From Takakia lepidozioides (taxonomy: Eukaryota; Plantae; Bryophyta), in the NCBI GenBank assembly GCA_030704615.1, contig CM060731.1, positions 42,284,001-42,348,000 on the forward strand: DNA of 64,000 bases, given 5' to 3'. This document shows, piece after piece, positions 14,301 through 25,579 of this stretch. Position 1 is the stretch's first letter; every line of letters starts with the position of its first letter. Below the pieces are notes generated by a model. It did not search any database. It was given only the letters and a program-made list of their open reading frames with translations, and was not told the DNA's origin. Position numbers and translations under genes: made by a program.

Positions 14301-17300
14301 TTGATATGGACTCTAGAGATGAAGTTGAAGATGTGCCAATTCTAAGGAGATCTCAGCGGGAAAGGAAAGCTCATAGTAGGCTGATTACATCTATGAGTGC
14401 CATTGAAGCTATGGAAAAAACATCACAAGTGGTTGAGCCTGCTACATATGATGAAGCGATGCGCTCTCCAGACAAACTACAATGGGAAGAAGCAATCAAC
14501 TCAGAGTTGGATTCATTGATGCAAAACAAAGCATGGACACTCACTAGGTTGCCTGCAGGACGAAGAGCCATTGGTTGCAAGTGGATCTTCAAGTTGAAGT
14601 ACAAAGCTGATGGATCTATTTACCAATACAAAGCTCGTCTTGTAGCTAAAGGCTATGCACAAATTCAAGGAGTGGATTATAATGAAACCTTCTCACCAGT
14701 GGTGAAGATTTCTTCTATCAAAGTGTGGTTAGCTCTTGCAACTCAACATGATCACGAAGTTTATCAAATGGATATTAAGACCGCATTTCTGAATGGAGAA
14801 CTACAAGAAGATATCTACATGGACAACCTGAAGGGTTTATACAAGGAGGAAGTGATATTGTGTGTAAGCTGCAAAAGAGTTTGTATGGACTCAAACAAAG
14901 TCGTTGAGTTTGGTATGCTAAGATCGATGTTTACCTCTTAAAGACAAGATTTGAGCGAAGCATTGCTGACACAAACATCTATGTGAAAAAGATGGGAGAG
15001 CAATTTGTGGTCATAGCTCTATATGTGGATGACATAATCATTGTCACCAACGATCATCAAAGGTTGTTGCCAAAAACCAAAGCACTGTTGAGTGCTGAGT
15101 TTGCCATGACTGACATGGGTGAGATTCGGTTCTGTCTTGGTATTCAAATCAGCAGAGATCGAGTGATTCATACAGTATTCATGCATCAACGACAATACAT
15201 TGAGACAATTCTACAAAGGTTTAAGTTGGAGATAAGTAAGCCAACATCAACTTCTCTTGAAGTTGGTTTGAAACTTACGAAAAGATATGACACCTAAGAC
15301 TCAAGAAGAGCAAGAAGATATGATGAAAACTCCTTATCAAAGCGCAGTCGGCAGTTTGATGTATTGCATGGTTTGTACTAGGCCAGACATTGTACATTCA
15401 ATGGGAGTGGTCTCACAATTTCTTTCGAATCCCGGACAAACCCATTGGAAAGCAGTGAAGAGGATATTTCGATATCTAAGAGGAACATTAACCTCTGGTC
15501 TACTCTACAAGAGAGTGGAAGATCCAAGTTTGTTGGGGTTTGCTGATACCGACTGGGCAGAAGACGTTGATAGTAGAAAATCAACTTCAGGCCATTGTTT
15601 TCTCCTAGCAGGTGGAGCTGTATTTTGGTCTAGCAAACGATAAGTTGCAACAGCGTTGTCATCAACAGAAGCTGAGTACATGTCCATTACACAAGCAGCA
15701 AAAGAGGCTATTTGGTTACGGAAGTTGCTTGGAGATTTGGATCATCTCCAATCACTACCTACGACTCTCTATTGTGACAATCAAAGTGCGATTGCACTAA
15801 GTCAGAATCCGAAGTATCATTCAAGGACGAAGCACATTGAAGTGCAACATCACTACATACGGGAAGTTGTATGCAAGGGAGAGATCAATATGATCTATTG
15901 TGCTACATGAGATATGGTTGCGGATGTTTTGACGAAGAGTCTACCACAAACAAAACACATGAAGTGTTCAGCCTTACTTGGTGTCTCTTCTCCAAAGACA
16001 AACGAAGTAGCTCAATGATATGGTTTAATTGAGGGGGAGTGTTGGAAGTAATAGAAGACTAAGAGTCTTGAAGGCCAAAGGTTTAGAAGTCTAAGAGACT
16101 ATTTTGTTTAACTCACCTTTGGAAGGTGAATGGCTAGAAGGTGGATGGTCACCATAGTGGAAGTGGAAGTGACCAAGTAGGATTTTCTAGAGACCTGCTT
16201 GTACAAGCTCGGGGGTGAAGCCACTAGTCTAAGTGTAAGAGTATGATGGTGGCTTCTATGGTTGGGAGGAGAGCTTTAGTTTTAGCTTTAGTCTAAGACT
16301 TTAGTTCTTGTTCATGTTCTTGCTCAATTCTAACAAGTATGTGTTCAGTATTGCAATTTATCAAGTGCTACACGGATTCCATTGCCTTGTGGCCTGGAAC
16401 AACATAATTAGTTGGTTGACAATCTCCTTGTGGGGCTGCCATGGTCCTCCCAAAGCCTATAACGTCTCAATTTCGAGAATAAGCAGTTCACAGACATGAT
16501 ATCGACAGGAACATGGGGCAACGCTAAGACAAGGCCGGATTTCCTAGGCAAAAAATCCACATGCTAGCTTGCAACGACACAGCTGTGACTCTAGTTTTTA
16601 TGGCTTCCCTGGTATATGTGGGATTGGAAAACCAAGAAAGGGATACATATTTGTCCTACGGTGCCTCCACGCTGTAAGGAAGATGTTTCGGAGGTTGTGC
16701 ACAAGCTTGTGTTTGCAGACAAAGAACGTAGTCTAGCACAGAATGATCTAGTCAATGCTTTCTAGAGGTCACCTAGTTTCAGAAAGAAGGCAGCTTTCCT
16801 TCTTCCTAAGTAGGAGACACTTACCTCTGGGTTCCCATTCCTAAACGTTGTCCTGAGACATGTTGGCATGTTAAGTATGTACCTTTTGTGAGTGTCCTCA
16901 GCCTGTGTTGATTCACATTCTTCGGCGATTCGGCTGTAAGCTTTGCCGGGGTGGAGCTCTTGAGATGTCAAAAAATATTCCCCAACTTGAAGCCAACAAC
17001 ATCAGGGTTGTTGGGATTGGTATGTCACTTTTTGTTGCTGACGCTTGAAACCAGCAGTTCACCCGTGCTATTTTCTGGTACCTCAAGCTCCGTAGTGATG
17101 CTATAGGAGATATGAGGCAGGGAGACTTGCAAAGAGAGAGAAACAGAGAGAGACAGGAAGAGATGAAATGAGACACTGCTTTATAATGTCCCCAGAAAGC
17201 TTGGGCTGATGGGACAAGATTAAAAAGAGTGGGGCCTAGAAAGAAAGAAACTTGATAATGGACAGAGAGATAGTGAACTTCACTGTATCCACAGAAGGTA

Positions 17301-18390
17301 AATGAGCTTTTGGGACAGGAGCACACAACAAACATAGAAACAACCACAGAAAAACACCACATAGAGGGAGGGAGCCTTATTAAGTTCTTGAGCCGGTGTC
17401 CAATTTGGATAGAGAGAAGGTGAAGTGGACAGAGATACAGTCCTTATGAAACCAGTGTTGGCGTTGGATGTGTGCAGGAATAGAGAGGCTGGGTGTGGAG
17501 GAGTTTCAGGAAGGTGGATATTGGAAGGGTGAGTTGTATGTGGACGATGGAAAGAAGATATACAAGGCACTGCAAATAAAGTCAGTGGGCATCCTTAAGG
17601 CAGTCCAGCTGATGGTGAGTAAAGGAGTAATGGAGTCCATTAAGAAGAACAAGGACACACCGGGCAACTTACCCTTGGTTTGGATGCTTGGTTTGTACTC
17701 TGTTCATTCCTCCTTCCTTCTTTGTTATCTGTCTTTTTGTAAGAAGTTGCCTTGCCTCAAGTATGGTGTATGTTCAGTAAATCAGCACAACTTCCTCATG
17801 AAACTTAGGGCTCTTGTATATTTTCCCCTGCCGACAGACCTTTCTTCAACGCTTGCTCACAGTTTCTTGAAGTGGCACTGGGTGCTGATTAAAAATGAGG
17901 CGGGGCAAGAACACAAGAAAGAATAGACAGAAACCTCACGATGTCCAGGGGGACCCAGAGGCCCTGGTAGAGCGACTCAGAGGTAAGGGGGAGAGCTACT
18001 CGGTTGGCATGAGAGATGAGACTGAGAATCATACCAAGACCAAATGATCTGAGGGAGAGAGGAGATTACTTATGGAAGTGAGGATGAAAGGATTGTGAAT
18101 TGTCCATATGAATAAACAGAATAGACGAGTTTTATAAATCTGTCATTGAGTGGTTGGAGCCCTTGGTCCAATGGTAGTGACCACAAATGTAATTCTTATG
18201 CAGGCAACTTGGGGCAACCTTTGTGATTGCAAAGGGTGGCAAGACACTTCTTGACTTCCGTCAGGCACACTTTGCTGCTCATCCCTCTAATGCATCCATT
18301 CTCGATGCTTTTGGCCTGGATTCTAACCAGGCAAAGGCAGAAGCTGGAGCTGCTGGGGCGACCTGCACCGACACTACTTGTACTTCATGA
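11400..18390 (+). CDS. Peroxiredoxin-like 2 / FAM213 (AhpC/TSA-type thioredoxin-fold, prostamide/PGF synthase-like) gene. Exons 11400-11519, 16902-17019, 17478-about 17670, 18204-18390; possibly damaged
   Basis: Spliced product ...VKLGTFWESQ|PVLIHILRRFGCKLCR...IRVVGIG|IERLGVEEFQEGGYWKGELYVDD...PGNL..QLGATFVIAKGGKTLLDFRQ matches the FAM213/PRXL2 RRFGCxxCR pattern; 3' boundary of exon 3 unresolved. Confidence 0.75.
11597..16335 (+). mobile_element. Full-length but degenerate Ty1/Copia LTR retrotransposon (LTRs 11597-11903 and 16040-16335)
   Basis: 5-bp TSD AGTAT (11592-11596, 16336-16340); PBS TGGTATCAGAGCC (tRNA-iMet) 11904-11916; PPT GAGGGGGAG 16031-16039; gag, CCHC knuckle CFYCKKLGHMIKDC, protease WYVD, LWHRRLGH, integrase (LRSDNGGEY, TPEQNG), RT (YVDD) and RNase H in Copia order, with several stops and frameshifts. 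Confidence 0.97.
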
Positions 18391-18801
18391 AGCCTTGAAA
18401 TTTTTCCTTTGCTTCACATGTATCTATATTTGCATACATCTTAGTTAGTTTTCATTAATCCTTGGAGAAGACACACCCCTTGCTCGGGTGCCATGAATTC
18501 TTTATTTTTTCCTAAAACCAAGCCAGCATATGGCAGTAGTGCTGACATCCAGCATGCTTGAGGGCACTAAGAGATACTGGAAAAGTCTGTTTTGCCATTC
18601 ATCTCTTTGAAGTACCTATGTTTGAGTCATTTGGCTCTACTTTTTCAGAAACTTCAAATTGTTGGTCAATTTGTGGGGACAGAGAACCTCTGACAGAAAT
18701 AATCTTAGTGTACCCCTCACACCCTCTTAGGGTGCAAGGGCCTTACAGGTATGGCCTGTTTGATGGGCACCCTTCTAAGGCTGTGCATAACTCTGTGCCT
18801 T

Positions 18802-19062
18802 TTGTGTAATAACAGTTTCAGTCTGCTTTGAATTGAATGCATGCCTGCAGACACATTTTTTGAAGGATTCCTACATCTACACCGCATTGCTTGGACAGAA
18901 CTCTACCTATTGTCTTAGAGATTACCCACACTTGTGTAATAACAGTTTCAGTCTGCTTTGAATTGAATGCATGCCTGCAGACACATTAGATTGAAGGATT
19001 CCTACATCTACACCGCATTGCTTGGACAGAACTCTACCTATTGTCTTATAGATTACCCACAC
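18802..19062. repeat. Tandem duplication, 2 x about 130 bp
   Basis: TTGTGTAATAACAGTTTCAG...GATTACCCACAC repeated at 18802 and 18932 with few differences. Confidence 0.9.
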
Positions 19063-21187
19063 ACATTGACAGTCTCTGGGATCATGACCAGACAGCTATG
19101 TCGCGACACTAGCTATCAAGCTTCAATTGTGTTAGACGACAGGCTCTTCCTGCTACTATGTTCAAAGTTCACACAAACAGTTTGTTTAGAGAGAGGCTAG
19201 TTAAATTTGCCGGTTCTCCACCACGCTCTCTGTGTCATCCCGTGCATCTACAACCTGGTGTATGTTGTGATCTTTACTGTCAAGCTTCGCATCCTTCTCA
19301 AGAACAAGATGGATATGTTGGCGAAGATCAACATCTTTTTCAAGCTGAAGCTGTTTCCTCCTGGCTCGAATGAGACAGACTTTCTTCTCGAGTATCTGAT
19401 CCAACTCCCGCAAGTCGGTCAAGCCCTTATCAAGTATCCTTTGAACCTCGACTATGGCTAATTGCCCCATCACATGGCTCAAGGCGTTGGCCATGTTTAA
19501 ATCCTAGAGAATTCTCAAGAGAACGTTGCGTTGATCAACTCCCTCGCACGTACAATAGGTGGGTCACCTGGTTTACTGCAATTTTTACTTCCTCGCTTCC
19601 ATCTGCAGCTGGTCTGTCTCTAATGTTGAGTCACACTACCTCCTTTCTTCTCTCTTCTACCCATGCAGCAACCGTTTCTCTTTCCAACCTTTTCAACACA
19701 TGCGTTGCAATTGAACTCTTTCCCGTTTATCGTTAACCCCTTTCGAGCAACAACCCGACAGTTATCTAAACCTCCAGTCACAGAAACTGTGGAGTGCAGG
19801 AGGTTTGCATTATGTTGTTCGATACGTGAATGTACCCGTTCTTGGCAATTTGGTCACCCGAGTTGGGCGTCTCTCTTTCGTCCACCACAAGTCAAGTCAG
19901 ATGGATCTACCCTGCCTGCGTTTAAAACCTCTGTTTTTCCCTTAAAGGCCCTTGTGTATCTTGGAATTGGCCGACTAGCTACGAACTCGCACGATAGTAC
20001 TACCGATCCCTGGCACAAGAAGCACGCCAAGTCTAAAATCTGGAGGTTTCCATTTGATGCACCTTCTGAACTACGAAAAAAATCTTTCAGCCTTCAGTTG
20101 CCTAAGGCTCCAATCACTACAAAGTTTACCATAGGGCTTTCGGGATTTCAGGATAGCTCTGTTGAAATTCCAGTTCCACACTGCGACTACGCAGAGTCCA
20201 TACATACGTTCAGTTCGGAACTTATGTCCACAGTCTACCTGTTATGATCTCTCGAAAAAGAATGATCTTTCCAAAACTTGGCAAGATTTGACAAATCATA
20301 CGTAGTGGCACGATTCTCTGCACAGGCCCCTTTCAGGTACTCCTTCAAACTTCCGATATTTTGCACTGTAATGTAGTGAGAAATGAATATGCTAATTCGA
20401 AGAAGAGATGATTATGAGTTCAATGTTTTGCCATTGCAGGATATGGGGGAAAGTCAAGAGCCTGAAATCCTAATCTTGCTAAGAGCTTGGTGGACTACTT
20501 TCAAACCTCCGAAGTCAGAGGTACTGGAAGCGATCGACCTAGTGCTTTGCTTTGATGGGTGAAGGTCAATAAGATGTGAAGCTGGTGGTTCCTAATATTG
20601 TTGAGTTTTGCATACATTTGGAGACATGCGCGAGGCATATTTTTGTCCGTCTTTGGATTTCTGCTTTGATTCAAGAGGTTTGGGAGATTGATAGGGCGTC
20701 TCATGATAGACATGTTCAGCTGGAGAGAACATGATAGAGCTGCTCATGAGAGAGAGAATGAGCGTCAATCAGCATTACCGCTGCCCGAATGATCTGCCAT
20801 GGTGCCCGTGAGAGATATCAGTCAATTAAATATTAGGTGTTGAGACTTGAAGCTTGACAAGAGGAGGAGAAAATTATGGCATAGACACCAGACCTTGAAT
20901 TGGCAGCCTATTAACGTCACGAAACCTTCTTTTCTTTTGGCCTCACAAGGGTTTAAGACATCTCAGCATTTTCTTTCTGTTGTTCTTCTGCAGACTCCCA
21001 CAATGAAGCTTGAGGACATTGCATGGTGGTAGCTCAAGAGACCAGGTTTTTGTTTCAATGTCTCTGAAATGCTACTAGCTGCAGTTGAAATCTGTTGGGT
21101 GGGTCAAAGCTCAGTATCTGCACGGTTTCATGTCCAAACTGACTTTTGGTACTTGGGTCCTTGCCACGTGACTGTTAGACCAAGATT

Positions 21188-24175
21188 TTGGGAGGTATAA
21201 TCTCACAGCGCATCAAGCCCACACCTTCTGCACCCAGTTCTGGGTCTCTGGTGAGAAGGTTTTTGATTGCGAACACAAAACTGCTAGAATGGATTTGGGA
21301 GGTGACATGTGCGGCATCCAGGGCTCTGGTTTATCAAGGTTTTGAAAGAGGACCTAAAGAGGGAGTCAACAACAGCTCTTCTGGCTTTTGTGGGGGATGT
21401 GAGAATACGTAATGCTGGAGAACGAAAAGAGGGGCTGCAATTTTTGAACCAACAAGGTATTTTGGCAGACTCCCAAACTTACATTTGTCTCTTGCAGGAG
21501 TGCATCAAGAGGAAAGGCCTAGCAGAAGGAAAACAGGTGCTTGCCTACATTATCCAATGTGGATTGTAACCAAGCAACACCCTTGTCAACATGTATGCCA
21601 AATGTGGAGGATGCACGCCTAGTGTTTGACAAAATGCCTGAACGAGATGTGTCTAGATGGAATATAATGATGTCAGGATATGCCAAGCATGGTTATGGTA
21701 GGGAGGCCCTTGAGGTCTATGCGCAAATGGTACCCGGGGGGGGGGGGTGAGGCCCAACAGGGTCACGTTCATTTGTGCTCTCAAGGCATGTGCGAGTCTG
21801 GCAACCCTAGACAAGGGTAAAGAGGTGCATGCAGACATAATCAGAGCTGGAATTGCTCGAGATGTTATTCTGGAGACTGCCCTTGCTGATATGTATGCCA
21901 AATGCAGGAGCATGAAAGATGCACGTCAAGTATTTGATAATATGATTGAACGAAATGTGGTCTCATGGAATGTGATTATTGCGGGATATGCTCAGCATGG
22001 GTGTAGTAGAGAGGCCGTGCAACTATTTAAGCACATGCAAGAAGAAGGCCTGAAGCCAAATGTGGTCTCATGGAGTGCGATGATCGCAGGATATGCGCAG
22101 CACGGTTGTGGTAGGGAGGCCTTCCAGACCTATGAACAGATGCTACAGGAAGGGTTGACACCAAACAGAGTCACGTTCATTTGCCTTCTGAATGTGTGTG
22201 CCAGCCTGGCTGCCCTGGAAAAGGGAAAAGAAGTCCATGTTGACATCATCAAACGTGGAGCTCCAGATGTTATTCTGGAGACCGCCCTGGCCGACATGTA
22301 CGCCAAATGCGGAAGCATGAATGATGCACACCAAGTGTTTGACAATATGGCTCAACGAAATGTGATCTCATGGAATGCAATGATCGCAGGATATGCTCAG
22401 CAGGGGTATGAGAGGGAGGCCCGTCAACTATTTGAACAAATGCAACAGGAAGGTTGGAAAAATGTGGTGTCATGGAATGGCATGATCGCAGGATATGCTC
22501 AGAATGGGTGTGGAAGGGAGGCTATAATGATGTATGAAAGAATGCTACAAAAAGGGGTGAAGCCCAACAATGTCACCTTCATCTCTGTCCTCAATGCATG
22601 TGCCAGCCTGGCAGCGCTGCAAAAGGGCAAAGAAGTCCATGCCAACATCATTGAAGTGGGAATCGCTCAAGATATTAAATTGGACAATACTCTTGTTGAC
22701 ATGTATGCCAAATGTGGCAGTGTAAAGGACGCGGGTCAAGTGTTCAATAATATGGCCAAGCGAGATATGGTGTCATGGAATGTGATGATTGCAGGATATG
22801 CTCAACGTGGGTGTAGTATGGATGCCCTGCAACTACTTGAACAAATGCAACAAGAAGGTTTTAAGCCAGACGGTATTACCTTTGTATCTATTCTCTCCGC
22901 ATGTAACCATGTAGGTGTAGTGGAAGAAGGTCGGCACTACTTTCATTCCATGAGTGAAGATCATGGCCTCACTCCTGCACTTGAGCATTTTTGCTGCATG
23001 GTAGACCTCCTTGGCAAGTGAACGCCTCATTGGACAATCGAACGAATTTCGATTGATCTCGTATTACACTGGGACGTATCAGAGGGTACATTGAACACAC
23101 TGGCCAAGTCTCAAAGCGAACGAAAATCATTTGGATGGGCAACCATCCGTTGGCCCATTGAACGAATTTCGATCGATCTCATATAACTATGGGCCCTCTT
23201 ACATGGCACATTCAACATAGTGGCCAAGTCTCAAAGCGAACCAAAATCATTTCGATGGCCAACCATCCGTTGAGCCATCGAATGAATTTCGATTGATCCC
23301 GTATTAGTCCAGGACCTGTGAGATGGTGTCTCGAACGTACTGGCAAAGTTTGGAAGCAAACAAAAATGATTTGGATGGGCAACCATCCGTTCACCCGTTG
23401 AATGTATTCCATTGGATCTGTTATTGCTTTGGGACCTGTTGGACTGTGTTTCGCGTGCTCACGATTCTTTTTTCATTCCGTTTTTAAGGGGGCGTGTAAT
23501 GTAGCCATATGCAGGGAAATTGGATGATGCAAAGGATTTCAATCAACAAGATGTCAATTGAACCAGGTGGCTCGGTGTGGCGGGCGTTACTTGGTGTGTG
23601 CAGAATTCATGGGAACATGGAGCTAGCAGAATGTGCTGCAGAATGCCTTCTCAGGTTGGATCCAGAAGATGCTCCAACTTATGTGCTGCTATCGAACATC
23701 TATGCTGCAGCTGGCAGGTGGGATGATCAAGCAAGGGTAAGAAAATTGATGAATGACAGAGGTGTCAGAAAGGAGCCAGGGTGCAGCTACATTGAGGTGC
23801 ACAACCAGTTCCATACGTTTGCCGTAGATGACAAAAGGCATCCACAGATTGAGGAAATCCATGCTGAGCTGAAGAGATTGTATGGGCAAATGAATGGGAC
23901 TGGGGGTATGCACCTGACACAAAAGTTTGCACTGCACAATATGGAGGAGGATGTAAAGGAATTTTCTCTTTGCCATCACAGTGAGATGCTGGCCATTGCT
24001 TTTGGGCTCATCGGTACACCCCCTGGGACACCTCTCCATGTCGTCAAGAATGTGCAGGTGGACTGCAGTCACCAAGTTTATCTCAAAGATTGTTGGCCGA
24101 GCAATTGCTGTGTGTGATGCCAACCGTTTTCACCACTTCCAGGATGGGGTTTGTTCTTGTGGGGATTACTGGTGA
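21188..24175 (+). pseudogene. PLS-class PPR protein with E/E+ and DYW domain (organellar C-to-U editing factor type), disrupted
   Basis: P-L-S repeats (VVSWNAMIAGYAQ, PNRVTFICLLNVCASLAALEKGKEVH, DMYAKCG) in 21747..23021; E domain, KEPGCSYIEV, HSEMLA and ...CSCGDYW* ending at 24175; stop at about 21567, frameshifts, insertion at about 23019-23510 and deleted CxxC; 5' end approximate. Confidence 0.92.
23019..23510. repeat. Insertion of about 3.5 copies of a 120-bp repeat (TE-terminal sequence) inside the PPR gene
   Basis: Exact 120-bp period (AACGAATTTC at 23041 and 23161, variants at 23281 and 23401); inverse-homologous to 59455-59697 and 60215-60680. Confidence 0.85.
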
Positions 24176-25579
24176 GCTGAACAACAATCTGTATCTGGAA
24201 TTTTATGCTGTATGTTACTGATAAGGAGAATTGGGTGAAATCGATGTTGTGGCAGCAGAAACAAACCATAAGAGTTTTTGTCCACTTAGGCTTATTGAAG
24301 AATACGTCTGGATAAAGATAAAATAACATCTAAATGCAACCAATGATTTCATATATTCTAAATCCAACTTACCCACTCACAAAACTTTTTGCAGCATCAA
24401 TACCTTCAACATCCTCAACATCATAGTTCACTTCTTTGTTGACAGCTATGTGCTACAAATAGCTTCCTCTCTCTTATGAAGCTTTTTGCAAATTTGACGC
24501 AGAATAATTGCTGACAAAGATGCAGGGTACTACCAATACTGCTGATCTCCAGCCATCAGTGCATTGGATGGTGGCTAGAGCCTCGCCAACAACCTCAATC
24601 CGTGAAAGCCATGGGAGGTTTTTGTAATAGACTTCAGAGGAAATTCTTGGCGAAGGTCGAGTGCAGGAAAAAGTTGTATTCGCCCCCACATTAGTGGAAT
24701 AGGAGGATTAGTAGGTAGTGCAAGAGCAATCAAGTCTCCGTTCTTGAGGGCACTAGAACATGGGTCATCATTCGGAAGCCTTTGCAGACCTGGAGTTTTA
24801 GGTGCTTCATTGTAGGTTCAGTAGTTTATCCAGTTCCTGTCTCCTTTCAATAGAGCTTTATGGAAGTCCTTTGACAAATTAGCATGTAGGGTATGCTCAA
24901 AAATTTCTTCAAATTTGGACTTGATGTTCGCAAATGGTTAGGGCGTCATGTGCTCACTCCGTTGTCTACAGCAATCGTAGAAGCAAAAACTTTCAGCGTC
25001 GTTCAAATTCTTCAAGATTGTCGTTGGTTTTTGGCTGTCTAAAAGATGTTGTTCACTGTATTCGATCCACCTAAAGTAATCAGGCTACTACTAAGAATTT
25101 CCTTGTTCACAATAAAGCTTTCCAGAAGCACAAGAAATCCGACTTCTCTTTCTACCAGTGTTCCAGGAGAAGGACTCAGAATATCTCAGTGAGAAGATTG
25201 GAAAGCTGAGGCCCGGTGAGGGTCCTTTGTTTTTGCAAAAAGAGGACTCCAGACAATTCACAAAATTTGTAGTGATAAGACGTTTGCCGATCAGTAGAAG
25301 AAGTGACGATCACTACCAAACAGAGCCATGTTGTGCTCCCAAGATCTGCGAGGGGGTGCCATAGAGAACCTGCAGTGGGGGGTTGATCTCAGTAATTACA
25401 AAATGGACACCGTCTTCCCTCATTCTTCACTCCCTCTGGATAATCTGCGGCCCATTCTACATGTAGATCCTTCTCACCGACCCCTCACCGACAAGAATCG
25501 AAAGTCATGATAGAGGAATTTGGAGGACCCGAGCCACTTGTGTTGTGCATTTCATATCTAGACGTTATCATTATATCCA

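Noticed and set aside
16920-16950. Selenocysteine-type redoxin
   Set aside because: The motif is CKLC with ordinary Cys codons and no in-frame TGA.
21736-21747. Poly-G run as a programmed frameshift or regulatory G-tract
   Set aside because: More simply a homopolymer slip or sequencing artefact in a gene with several independent lesions.
23760-24175. U-to-C (DYW:KP) type editing factor
   Set aside because: It has a PG box (EPGCSYIEV) and a DYW terminus, i.e. the conventional C-to-U type.
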